Below are positions 28,106 through 37,130 of a stretch of 64,000 bases of DNA, one piece after another; positions within the stretch are counted from its first letter, which is position 1; each line of letters starts with the position of its first letter. The translations under genes were made by a program, and so were the position numbers. The notes below the pieces were generated by a model. It saw only the letters and a list, made by a program, of their open reading frames with translations, was not told the DNA's origin and did no database searches. The DNA comes from Mycobacteriales bacterium. GTDB taxonomy: Bacteria; Actinomycetota; Actinomycetes; JAFAQI01. The stretch is from the NCBI GenBank assembly GCA_035695045.1, contig DASSEX010000085.1, forward strand, positions 6,440 through 70,439, written 5' to 3'.

Positions 28106-29390
28106 CCGGCCGGCTCGCCGAGGTGTGGAAGATGCTGTTGCGGATGGTCTTGATGATCTCGTCGAGGCGGGTCGTCTCATCCTGGAGCTGACCGCGCAGG
28201 TCCTGGTCCGACACCCGGCCGGCGATGCTCTGGAGTGACAAGCCGGCGGCGAACAGGCGCGAGACGACCTGGTCGTTCATCTCCGCCGCGATCGCGTCGC
28301 GTTGTTGCAGCAGCTCGACGAGCTGAGCGTTCCGGCGTGCGTTCAGCTGCGCCAGCGCAGCCGCAGCGTGCTCGGCGAGGATGTGCACCGCGTCCTGGTC
28401 AGTCGGCTCGAACGGACGCGCATCTCGGCCGCGACACAGCCACAGATGCACCAGGTCGCTGCCCGTGCCGAGCGTGGTGGCGAAGCAGTCGCTGACGTCG
28501 ACGCCGTGGGCACGCAGGTCGGCGAGCATGGCCTCCGGCGACGGATCGCGTACGACCATGCCCCGCACGGCACCTGCGTCGCCGCCGTCAGCCGCGACGA
28601 CGCGCCACGTCCCGCTCGCGGATCTCGCGACGACGACGCACAGGTCGGCAGCACCGACCCCGCGCATCTGGTCGGCGATGACGGCGAACGGGTTCGGCGC
28701 CCCCTCCACTCGTTGGCCGAGCTCGGCGGCGGCCGACAGTGCCTGGTGCCGGGCGCGGGCGTCGGCGTAGAGCTGCGCGTGGTCGATCGCGATGGCGGCG
28801 GCACCGGCCAGCGCGACGAGCAGCTCCTCGTCCTCGGCGGTGAACGGCCGGCCGCCGGCCTTCTCCGTCAGGTAGATGTTGCCGAACACGCGATCCCTGA
28901 CCCGCACCGGCACGCCGAGGAAGGAGTGCATCGCCGGATGTCCGGCGGGGAACCCGACGGCGTCGCGGTGTCCGCGCAGATCCTGGAGCCGCAGCGGCTT
29001 GGGCTCGGAGATGAGCAGCCCCAGGATCCCGTCACCGGTAGGCAGGTTTCCGATCTTCGCGGACATCTCGTCCGTCATCCCGACATGGATGAACTCTTCC
29101 AGCCCCCCGTCGGCACCGATGACACCGATGGCGCCGTACTGCGCGCCGACCAGCTGGCACGCCGACTCGACGATGCGCCGCAGCAGGTGCGGCAGGCTGA
29201 GGTCCTCGGACACGGCCTGGGTGGCCGAGAGAAGCGCGCGGAGTCGCCCTTGGGTCTCGAGCACGTCCTGCGCCCGTTCGATCAGCTGCGTGAGGAGCTC
29301 GTCGAGCTCCAGCCGGGCGATCTGCGGAAAGACCATCTGCGACCGCTGTTGCGGCGCCGCCTGTTCGGCCGTGAAGTCCGACTTGTCCAC
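28098..29390 (-). CDS. DosS/DosT-like GAF-GAF protein ending in a degenerate HisKA_3 helix hairpin (no HATPase domain)
   Basis: GAF-A with GFPAGHPAMHSFLGVPVRVRDRVFGNIYLTEK (DevS/DosT-like heme pocket), a second GAF, then RDAIAAEMNDQVVSRLFAAGLSLQS in place of RDRIARDLHDxVIQ. The stop comes right after IRNSIFHT. Start is GTG 29390 or ATG 29336. Confidence 0.85.
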   Translation of the reverse strand: MDKSDFTAEQAAPQQRSQMVFPQIARLELDELLTQLIERAQDVLETQGRLRALLSATQAVSEDLSLPHLLRRIVESACQLVGAQYGAIGVIGADGGLEEFIHVGMTDEMSAKIGNLPTGDGILGLLISEPKPLRLQDLRGHRDAVGFPAGHPAMHSFLGVPVRVRDRVFGNIYLTEKAGGRPFTAEDEELLVALAGAAAIAIDHAQLYADARARHQALSAAAELGQRVEGAPNPFAVIADQMRGVGAADLCVVVARSASGTWRVVAADGGDAGAVRGMVVRDPSPEAMLADLRAHGVDVSDCFATTLGTGSDLVHLWLCRGRDARPFEPTDQDAVHILAEHAAAALAQLNARRNAQLVELLQQRDAIAAEMNDQVVSRLFAAGLSLQSIAGRVSDQDLRGQLQDETTRLDEIIKTIRNSIFHTSASRPDA

Positions 29391-29470
29391 GTGCGCACCT
29401 GCCTTCTGAGGCGCTCGCTTCGATGATCCACCCGCCTCGCGCCGCGCGCGGTCGAACGGCTGAATTCGGC

Positions 29471-29487
29471 AGGACCTAAGCCTCTGG
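29471..29487. promoter_or_regulatory. DosR-like box, CCTAAGCCTCT subclass
   Basis: AGGACCTAAGCCTCTGG in the divergent region between the GAF-DDAH operon and the USP-arcA-ABC operon. Confidence 0.45.
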
Positions 29488-29530
29488 GCGCGGTCGCCGC
29501 CATACAGGAGCGTCAGGGTGGAGGTGCGCC

Positions 29531-30373
29531 GTGACCGTGTCGAGCATGACCAGGAGCAAGGTCGCAACGAGCTTCGCGCAGGTGGTTCTCCCGGTGGACT
29601 TCTCGCCGCGGAGCTGGCGGGTGCTCTCGCTCGCGACCCGGATGGCGCACGCCTTCGGCGTACCCAGGCACGTGCTGCACGTCGACACGTCCTCGCCGTG
29701 GCTGGACGAGGGGTCGCATGCCATGGTCGTCGGCAACGGCCCGGCGGGCGGACGCGTGAAGGTCGACGTCGTCGCCGCGCGAAGCGCTGCGGACGGCATC
29801 GTCAGCCTGCTCGACCAGGAGCAGTCGCTGCTGGTCATGTCGACACGAGGCCACAACGTCGCGACCGAGCTGGTGACCGGAAGCACGGCCGACGGCGTCC
29901 TCCACCGATGGCATGGCCCGATGCTCCTCGCCGGACCGCGCTACCAGATCTCACCGGTTCCGTTCCGGCGCGTAGTCCTGTGTCTCGACCCGGAGTTCTC
30001 GGGGATGCCCACGGCGCTGGCCGAGGACGTTCAGGCGCTTGCCACAGCCTTCGACCTTCCGATCGAGGTGCTGGCCATCATGGACCGCGGCCCTGAGGCG
30101 GACTACCACTCCATCCTTCGCCAGAACCTGCGCCTCGAGGAGGCCACGGAAGCGCTCTCCGCGGATGAGCGGGTCGTGCGGCTCGTGCGCCTGACCGGAA
30201 CGCATCCCGGCCGAGACATCACGCAGTACGTCGAGGCGAAGACCGGCACGCTGGTCGCCCTGACGACCCATGCTCGCCCGCCGCTCGCTCGTGTGCTTTT
30301 CGGCAGCACGGCCATGGCGGTGATCAGGCATGTGACGAGCCCGGTGCTCGTCCGTCGATTCCCCACGAGGTGA
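29531..30373 (+). CDS. Tandem universal stress protein (divergent sequence)
   Basis: GGAGG lies 7 nt upstream of GTG 29531. Two USP-like halves; the second ends LTTHARPPLARVLFGSTAMAVIRHVTSPVLV. Confidence 0.8.
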   Translation: MTVSSMTRSKVATSFAQVVLPVDFSPRSWRVLSLATRMAHAFGVPRHVLHVDTSSPWLDEGSHAMVVGNGPAGGRVKVDVVAARSAADGIVSLLDQEQSLLVMSTRGHNVATELVTGSTADGVLHRWHGPMLLAGPRYQISPVPFRRVVLCLDPEFSGMPTALAEDVQALATAFDLPIEVLAIMDRGPEADYHSILRQNLRLEEATEALSADERVVRLVRLTGTHPGRDITQYVEAKTGTLVALTTHARPPLARVLFGSTAMAVIRHVTSPVLVRRFPTR

Positions 30374-30403
30374 CGCCATGACAGTCGAGGCGGTCTCCGT
30401 CTG

Positions 30404-31639
30404 ATGCCGATGCCCGTGCCGACCGGATTCGGCGTTCACTCCGAGGTCGGGACGTTGCGCCGTGTCATGCTGCACCGCCCTGACCTCGAGCTGCAGCGAC
30501 TCACGCCGTCCAACGTCGACGATCTGCTGTTCGACGAGATCCTCTGGGTGAAGAGGGCCAGACAGGAACACGACGTTTTCGCCGACGCGCTGCGCGACCT
30601 CGGTGTCGACGTGGTGCTGCTCGGGGACCTGCTCGCCGAGGCACTCAAGACGGAAGCGGCCGTGGACTGGGTGCTGGACCGGGTGGCGACGCACCGCACC
30701 CTCGGCCCGACACTGGTGGCGCCGGTTCGGGACCATCTGCGGTCGCTCGATCCCGAGACGATGGCGCGCCACCTCATCGGGGGACTCACCCGGGCCGAGC
30801 TCGGTCGAGACGTGCCCAGCCTGCGACTCGCGACCCTGCGTCCCGCCGACTTCGTCCTGCCGCCGCTGCCCAACCACATGTTCACCCGTGATCCCTCTTG
30901 CTGGATCTACAGCGGGGTCTCCATCAACCCCATGGCGAAGCCGGCGCGGGCCCGCGAAACCGTTCACGTGCAGGCCATCTACCTCTTCCACCCGATGTTC
31001 GCCGAAGAGCGCTTCCCGGTCTGGTACGGCGCCGATCGCGGCGACAGCGCTCCGGCCACGATCGAGGGTGGCGACGTCCTCGTCCTCGGCAACGGCGCCG
31101 TGATCATCGGCATGGGCGAACGCACGGCGCCGCAGACCGTGGAGATCCTCGCGACCCGCCTCTTCGACGCCGGCTTCGCACGACGCGTTCTCGCGGTCGA
31201 GCTGCCGAAGTCGAGGGCCTTCATGCACCTCGACGCGGTCCTGACCATGGTCGACCGGGATGCCTTCATCGCGTATCCCGCCGTGGCGGAGTCGCTGCGG
31301 GTGTGGTCGCTGACGCCCGGCGTCGACGGCCGTCCGGTCGTCGCCGTGGAGCCGGGAGTCTTCCCCGCGGTCGCGGACGCGCTCGGCCTCCCGAACGTCC
31401 GCGTGCTCACGACCGGCGGCGACAGCGTCGAGGCCGAACGCGAGCAGTGGGACGACGGCAACAACGTGCTGGCCGTGCGCCCGGGAGTCGTCGTGGCCTA
31501 TGAGCGCAACGCCGACACCAACACCAAACTGCGCAGGGCAGGCATCGACGTCATCACGATCGCGGGCAGCGAGCTCGGTCGCGGTCGTGGTGGCCCGAGG
31601 TGCATGTCCTGCCCGCTCGTCCGGGATGTGGTGACGTGA
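30404..31639 (+). CDS. arcA: Arginine deiminase
   Basis: [27 protein letters not shown]-terminus, FTRDP, MHLD, and C-terminal catalytic [10 protein letters not shown]. Confidence 0.93.
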   Translation: MPMPVPTGFGVHSEVGTLRRVMLHRPDLELQRLTPSNVDDLLFDEILWVKRARQEHDVFADALRDLGVDVVLLGDLLAEALKTEAAVDWVLDRVATHRTLGPTLVAPVRDHLRSLDPETMARHLIGGLTRAELGRDVPSLRLATLRPADFVLPPLPNHMFTRDPSCWIYSGVSINPMAKPARARETVHVQAIYLFHPMFAEERFPVWYGADRGDSAPATIEGGDVLVLGNGAVIIGMGERTAPQTVEILATRLFDAGFARRVLAVELPKSRAFMHLDAVLTMVDRDAFIAYPAVAESLRVWSLTPGVDGRPVVAVEPGVFPAVADALGLPNVRVLTTGGDSVEAEREQWDDGNNVLAVRPGVVVAYERNADTNTKLRRAGIDVITIAGSELGRGRGGPRCMSCPLVRDVVT

Positions 31640-32364
31640 TGACGGACCAACCGATCCTCGTCGCGACCGACGTCGCGAAGATCTACCGCACCGGTGAAGT
31701 GGCGGTCCAGGCCCTCAAGAGTCTGACGCTGACCGTCGAGCCGGGCGAGCTCGTCGCTGTGATGGGGCCGAGCGGCTCCGGCAAGACGACGTTGCTCAAC
31801 TGCCTGTCCGGACTCGACGACATCGACTCCGGTCACGTCGTCGTCCAGGGAAGAGACCTGTTCGCGATGAGGGACGGGGACCGCACCGAGCACCGCGCGA
31901 AGACGATGGGTTTCATCTTTCAGGCGTTCAACCTGATCCCGGTCTTCAGTGCGGCCGAGAACGTGGAGCTACCACTGCTGCTCGTCGGCACGTCGCCGGC
32001 CGCGGCGCGCGAGCGGGCGGTCGCGATGCTCGAGCGGGTCGGTCTGGGTCATCGGGTCAACCACCGCCCCGCCGAGATGTCGGGCGGCGAACAGCAGCGC
32101 GTCACGATCGCGCGCGCTCTCGTCGGCCGTCCGGCGATCGTGTGGGCGGACGAACCGACCGGCAACCTGGACTCGACCATGGCCACCGAGATCATGGATC
32201 TCCTCTGTGAGCTGAACGCCCGTGACCGGCAGACGATCGTCCTCGTCACCCACGACTCCGCGATCGGCGAGCGAGCCGGTCGGATAATCCGGATGCGCGA
32301 CGGCATGTTGGTCGACGACAGCCCACGACACGCACCGCCTGCACCCGCGCTGCTCACGAGGTGA
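31639..32364 (+). CDS. ABC transporter ATP-binding protein (MacB/LolD type)
   Basis: The ATG shares 1 nt with the arcA TGA. Walker A GPSGSGKTT, signature MSGGEQQRVTIARAL, Walker B IVWADEPTGNLD. Confidence 0.93.
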   Translation: MTDQPILVATDVAKIYRTGEVAVQALKSLTLTVEPGELVAVMGPSGSGKTTLLNCLSGLDDIDSGHVVVQGRDLFAMRDGDRTEHRAKTMGFIFQAFNLIPVFSAAENVELPLLLVGTSPAAARERAVAMLERVGLGHRVNHRPAEMSGGEQQRVTIARALVGRPAIVWADEPTGNLDSTMATEIMDLLCELNARDRQTIVLVTHDSAIGERAGRIIRMRDGMLVDDSPRHAPPAPALLTR

Positions 32365-35286
32365 GTGATGTATCCCGAGCTGACCGCGCCGCTCGCCGGG
32401 ATTCTTCTGGTCGGGCTGGCGCTTCTTGCGTGGCCGGCGCTGCGCTGGCCGGTCGTGCGCCGCCTCGCCGTCCGTCAGGTCGCGCGGCGTCGTACCGAAG
32501 GCCTGCTGGTCATGGCCGGTGCGAGCCTCGGCGCGGCGATCATCGTCGGGTCGCTGGTCGTCGGTGACACGCTCGGTTTCTCGGTCCGCCAGGTGGCCTA
32601 CCGCACTCTCGGCAACGTCGACGAGCGAGTGGTCAGCACCGATGCGGATGCCGGAGGCATCGTCGCCGATCGCCTTCTGCAGCTGACGCGTTCACCCGAC
32701 GTCGACGGCGTGCTTTCCGCTCGGGTCCAGCAGGTCGCGGCGACGGGCGGCACCGGTGCGGGCGTCATCGCTGAACCACGCGTGCTGGCCTGGGACATGG
32801 ACTTCGCGGCCGGTCGTGCGTTCGGTGCGGCAGCCGCTCCATCAGGTCTGGTGGGGCCCGCTCCCGGACCGGACCAGGTGGTGGTGAACGCGCCGCTCGC
32901 CGATGCGCTGGCACTGCACGCGGGGTCGACGGTCACGGTCTACGTCTCCGGTGCACCGCATCAGTTCCGCGTGGTCCGCGTCCTTCCGGAACGTGGGCTG
33001 GCCGGCACCGGGTTCGGCGCGGCTCAGAACCGCAACCTCTTCCTGCCACCCGGGACGCTGGTGCCTGCGGAGGGCGTGAATGACGGGACCCGGTGGATCA
33101 CCTTCGTGAGCAACCGGGGCGGCGTGCAGTCCGGCGACGAGCTGACAGCTCGCGTGAGCCGGCAGATCCGCGCGGCGCTCGGCGTGGTCGGTTCACGCAC
33201 GCTGGTCGAGACGCCGAAGCACGAGGTGCTCCAGTCCGCCAAGAAGACGGGTGACAGCCTCGGCGCGCTGTTCCTCATGATCGGCAGCTTCAGCATCATC
33301 GCGGGCGCGCTGCTTTTGATGAACATCTTCGTGATGCTCGGTGAGGAGCGGAAGTCGCAGCTCGGAATGTTGCGCGCGGCCGGGCTCAAACGCAGCCATC
33401 TTGTCGCCGCATTCTCCCTGGAGGGCGCGGTCTACGCGATCGCCGCGGCTGTCGTCGGCATCGGTCTGGGCATCGCGCTCGGCAGAGGCGTCGCCTACAT
33501 CGCCGCGCGCATCTTCGGCACCTGGTCTGCGGACGGCTCCGGGCTCGCTGTCACGTTCTCCGTCTCCAGGACGAGCATCGTCAACGGTGCCGCGCTCGGG
33601 CTGGTCATCGCTCTGGTGACGATTGCTGCGACCAGTGTGCGCATCAGCCGCTTCAACATCATCGCCGCGATCCGCGACCTTCCGGCGGCGGGTGCGCCTC
33701 GCTCCAGCCGGCGGACGCTGGTGGCGAGCACAACCTTCGGCGTGTTCTTCGCCGTGCTGTCGGTGCCGGCCGTCGCGTCGAGCAACCCGATCGGCACGTT
33801 CCTGTTTCCTGCGCTTTCTGTCCTATGCGCCGCTCCGATGCTGTCGAGGTCGATCGGCCGTCGATGGGCCTACTCCGCTCTCTCCGTTGCGGTGCTCGCC
33901 TGGACCCTGCTGGTCAACGTCGTGCGCCCCGGCGTCTACGACACGCCGTCGATGGCCCTGTATGTGGTGATGGGCACGCTGCTCGCGCTGTCCGCGGTCC
34001 TCGTCGTCAGTGAGAACCAGACCGTCCTGCTCCGGCCGGTACGCCGGTTGCTCGGGCGTTCGACCGAGGGAGCACTGTCCGCCCGGCTGGCCGTTGCCTA
34101 TCCGATCGCGAAACGCTTCCGCACGGGCGCGACGCTCGTGATGTACACGCTGGTCTTCCTGGTCCTCGTCCTCATCACCCAGATCGGTGGCGTGCTGGCG
34201 CACAGCGTCGACTACCAGGTGGCGAGCTCGACGTCGGGCTACGACGTGCGCCTGGACTTCAGGCCGGGTGCGCAGATGCTCGCCTCGTTGCGCTCGGGCC
34301 CGCTCGCTGCTCAGATCACGCAGGTGACCGGCTTGACATCCGCGTCCGCGCAGGCGCTCGATCCCGGGCATCGGACCACGGACCCGGTCGAGACGCTGGC
34401 CGTCGGCGTACCTGCGGGCTCGGTGTCCCGCATGCAGTTCCAGGACCGGTTGGCAGGGTTGACGACGGACGCGCAGGTCTGGCGAGCGCTCGCCCGTGAT
34501 CCCGGGTACGTCGTCCTCGACGCCTTCTTCGGCGCGACGGGTGGGCCACCCGGCCAGTGGTACGCCCCGGGCGACAAGTTCGTCCTCGTCGACCCGCTCT
34601 CGGGGCGTCAGGAGACGAAGACGATCGTCGGCATCCTGCGCAACTCGACGGTCTTCTACTCACCTGTGACGCCGACGGCGTTCCCCGTCGTGATGAACGA
34701 TGCCGCGGTTCGAGCCTTCTTCCGCGGTCGAGCACTGGTGGACTCCGCCCTGGTGCGCGCCGCGCCGGGCGTCGCTCCTGCACAGCTGTCCGCGCGTCTC
34801 CAGGGCAGCTACCTGGCGGCGAGTCTCGTGGCCACCCCGGTGGCGGCCACGATCCGACGGATGTTCGACGGCAACGTCGCCTTCTTCCGGCTCATGGACG
34901 GGTTCCTCGCTCTCGGTCTGCTGATCGGCATCTGCGGGCTGGGTGTGGTGATGGTGCGGGCGGTGCGCGAGCGGCGACGGACGATCGGGGTCCTGCGTGC
35001 GCTGGGCTTCCGGGCGGGAACCGTGCAGCGGTCGTTCCTGATCGAGAGCGGTTTCGTCGCCTTCGAAGGCGTCGTCCTCGGTGGTGTGCTCGGCGTCGTG
35101 ACGACCTGGCTCATGTATCAGAAGAGCGCGATGTTCGCCGATCTCCAGACCGGCTTCCCGGTGTTGTGGGGGACGGTCAGCGTGCTGGCTCTCGTGACGG
35201 TCGTGATGTCACTGCTCGCGACGGCGGCGCCGGCTCGACGGGCGGCGCACATTCTTCCGGCGCTGGCCACCCGGGTGTCCGACTGA
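32365..35286 (+). CDS. Large FtsX-family ABC permease with two FtsX repeats
   Basis: Starts the nucleotide after the ATPase stop. Two blocks of FtsX-type helices (…LGMLRAAGLKRSHLV… and …IGVLRALGFRAGTVQ…), each preceded by a large extracytoplasmic region. Confidence 0.88.
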   Translation: MMYPELTAPLAGILLVGLALLAWPALRWPVVRRLAVRQVARRRTEGLLVMAGASLGAAIIVGSLVVGDTLGFSVRQVAYRTLGNVDERVVSTDADAGGIVADRLLQLTRSPDVDGVLSARVQQVAATGGTGAGVIAEPRVLAWDMDFAAGRAFGAAAAPSGLVGPAPGPDQVVVNAPLADALALHAGSTVTVYVSGAPHQFRVVRVLPERGLAGTGFGAAQNRNLFLPPGTLVPAEGVNDGTRWITFVSNRGGVQSGDELTARVSRQIRAALGVVGSRTLVETPKHEVLQSAKKTGDSLGALFLMIGSFSIIAGALLLMNIFVMLGEERKSQLGMLRAAGLKRSHLVAAFSLEGAVYAIAAAVVGIGLGIALGRGVAYIAARIFGTWSADGSGLAVTFSVSRTSIVNGAALGLVIALVTIAATSVRISRFNIIAAIRDLPAAGAPRSSRRTLVASTTFGVFFAVLSVPAVASSNPIGTFLFPALSVLCAAPMLSRSIGRRWAYSALSVAVLAWTLLVNVVRPGVYDTPSMALYVVMGTLLALSAVLVVSENQTVLLRPVRRLLGRSTEGALSARLAVAYPIAKRFRTGATLVMYTLVFLVLVLITQIGGVLAHSVDYQVASSTSGYDVRLDFRPGAQMLASLRSGPLAAQITQVTGLTSASAQALDPGHRTTDPVETLAVGVPAGSVSRMQFQDRLAGLTTDAQVWRALARDPGYVVLDAFFGATGGPPGQWYAPGDKFVLVDPLSGRQETKTIVGILRNSTVFYSPVTPTAFPVVMNDAAVRAFFRGRALVDSALVRAAPGVAPAQLSARLQGSYLAASLVATPVAATIRRMFDGNVAFFRLMDGFLALGLLIGICGLGVVMVRAVRERRRTIGVLRALGFRAGTVQRSFLIESGFVAFEGVVLGGVLGVVTTWLMYQKSAMFADLQTGFPVLWGTVSVLALVTVVMSLLATAAPARRAAHILPALATRVSD

Positions 35287-35293
35287 TCGACCG

Positions 35294-36097
35294 TCAGGCG
35301 AGGTCGCGGCGACCGACCCTGCGCGCAGCGAGTCCGAAGAGCAGTGTGCCGGCGGCGAGCAGCGCGGCCTCGTTGCCCCACTGCAGCCGTTGCGCCGCGT
35401 CGATCGGTGCGTAGTAGCCGAACGGGTTGATCCAGCGCACGAACGACAACGGCGACCACAGCAGCCCGACGAGGTTGACGACGTAGGAGCCGGCCGTCAC
35501 TCCGACGGTCGCGCCGAAAGCCGCACCCCGGCTGCGCGCGTGGGCCGACGCCGCGAAGGCGACGCCGGCGACGAAGAACGCCAGCGAGATGAACTGCACG
35601 GAGGCGCGAAGCGGCACGGCCGCCGAGACCTGCGACAGGTCCGAGGACAGCTGCATGCCGATCAGCGCACCGACCAGAGCCACTGTGATGACCCCGAGCT
35701 CTGCCAGGGCCCATTCGGCAATCCGCGCGCCGAGGACCTGGGTCGGCCGGACGGGCGCGGTGAAGATGAGCTCGGAACGGCCGGTCTCGACGTCGGTCGC
35801 GATCGCGGCGACACCGCTGGTGATCGCCACGCTCAGCGCGAGCACGAGGAAGAGCGGATGACCGAACCCGAACGCGAGGAAGTGCGGAGGCGTGAACACG
35901 TCGCCCGTCGACGAACCCGAGAAGGCCGAGAAGAGCTTCGGCGTCCTGCCTGCACCGAACGTGTTGGCGAACCCTGCCGCCCCGCCGTACGCGCTGTAGG
36001 TGCCGGACAGGGCGATCAACAGCACGAAACAGCCGCCGGCGAGCGCAGCAAGGCTTCGCCACCGGTTGCGGAGGTCGGCGCGGATCAGTGCCCTCAT
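35294..36097 (-). CDS. ABC-2 type exporter permease
   Basis: Six hydrophobic segments. 4-nt overlap with the upstream ATPase gene. Confidence 0.75.
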   Translation of the reverse strand: MRALIRADLRNRWRSLAALAGGCFVLLIALSGTYSAYGGAAGFANTFGAGRTPKLFSAFSGSSTGDVFTPPHFLAFGFGHPLFLVLALSVAITSGVAAIATDVETGRSELIFTAPVRPTQVLGARIAEWALAELGVITVALVGALIGMQLSSDLSQVSAAVPLRASVQFISLAFFVAGVAFAASAHARSRGAAFGATVGVTAGSYVVNLVGLLWSPLSFVRWINPFGYYAPIDAAQRLQWGNEAALLAAGTLLFGLAARRVGRRDLA

Positions 36098-37062
36098 GAC
36101 GACGGTGCTCCGCTGTAGAGCGCGAGTACGACGTCCTCGAGAGATGCGGGCACGACGGTGACGTCGACGACGTCTGGGTCTGTCAGCAGGTCGCGCAGCA
36201 CCCCGGCCCGGTCGGCGGCGAGCCGACCGATCACCGTCGTGCCCTCTGTCCGAACCTCGGACAGTCCGCTCGGCAGCCGCTCCGGCGGCGAGGCGTAGGT
36301 CAGTGTCACGACCCGGGGTGCGTCCTCGCGCAGCTCGTCGACGGTGGCCTCCTTCAGCAGCGCGCCGTCCCGGACGAGCAGGACGGAGTCACAGACTGCC
36401 TCGACCTCTGCCAGAACGTGCGAGGACAGCAGGACCGTGGCGCCCTCCGCTGCCATCTCCCGAACGAGGCGGCAGAACGAGCGGTGGGCGATCGGATCCA
36501 GCCGGTTGGCGGGCTCGTCGAGGACCACGAGCGCCGGGCTGTGCTGAACCGCCGCGACGATGGCCAGCTTCTGACGCATGCCGGAGCTGTAACCACCCAC
36601 GCGCCGGCCGAGATCCGACTCGTCGAGGTCGAGGGCCTGCAAGGCCCGCTGCCGCATGCCGGCAGCAGCGTCACCGCGCAGTCGCAGGAGCAGATCGAGG
36701 TTGTCCCGGCCGGACAGGTTCGGCAGGAAGGACGGATCCGCGGGCATGTAACCCAGCGGTCGTCGCGCCCGTGGATCCCGGGCGTCGACCCCGAACAGCC
36801 GTACGTCGCCGGTCGTCGGGCGGAGCAGACCGCCGACCATGCGCAGCGTCGTCGACTTGCCCGCGCCGTTCGGGCCCAGGAAGCCGGTGATCGTTCCGCG
36901 TCGCAGCGAGAACGTCAGGTCCGCAACCGCAGTCAGTTCGCCGAAGCGTTTGGTGACGTGCGCCACGTCGATCGGGGCATCCGCCCGGTCGGCCGTCGTG
37001 TCCACAAAGGAGAGGTTGCCATCGCTGTCGCCTGCTTCGAGGACTTTCGGCTCTGTCGGCAT
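36094..37062 (-). CDS. ABC transporter ATP-binding protein (ABC-2/DrrA type)
   Basis: Walker A GPNGAGKSTT, signature YSSGMRQKLAI, Walker B LVVLDEPANRLD. The start is uncertain (ATG 37062, or GTG 37005). Confidence 0.88.
   Translation of the reverse strand: MPTEPKVLEAGDSDGNLSFVDTTADRADAPIDVAHVTKRFGELTAVADLTFSLRRGTITGFLGPNGAGKSTTLRMVGGLLRPTTGDVRLFGVDARDPRARRPLGYMPADPSFLPNLSGRDNLDLLLRLRGDAAAGMRQRALQALDLDESDLGRRVGGYSSGMRQKLAIVAAVQHSPALVVLDEPANRLDPIAHRSFCRLVREMAAEGATVLLSSHVLAEVEAVCDSVLLVRDGALLKEATVDELREDAPRVVTLTYASPPERLPSGLSEVRTEGTTVIGRLAADRAGVLRDLLTDPDVVDVTVVPASLEDVVLALYSGAPSS
37039..37055. promoter_or_regulatory. Weak DosR-like box
   Basis: GAGGACTTTCGGCTCTG, 76 nt upstream of the acg-type gene. 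It lies inside the first codons of the divergent ABC ATPase if ATG 37062 is the true start. Confidence 0.3.
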
Positions 37063-37130
37063 GGCCGGACGGCGCGCACGCTTGAGACATGGCGGAGGTC
37101 GTTCTCGCCCGATCATGAGGAGGGACTGCC

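Noticed and set aside
37063-37130. AGGGAC string (GAGGAGGGACTGCCATG) immediately upstream of the Acg-type gene as a DosR half-site
   Set aside because: It has no second half-site, and the purine run is the RBS for ATG 37131. The weaker full-length box at 37040 is reported instead.
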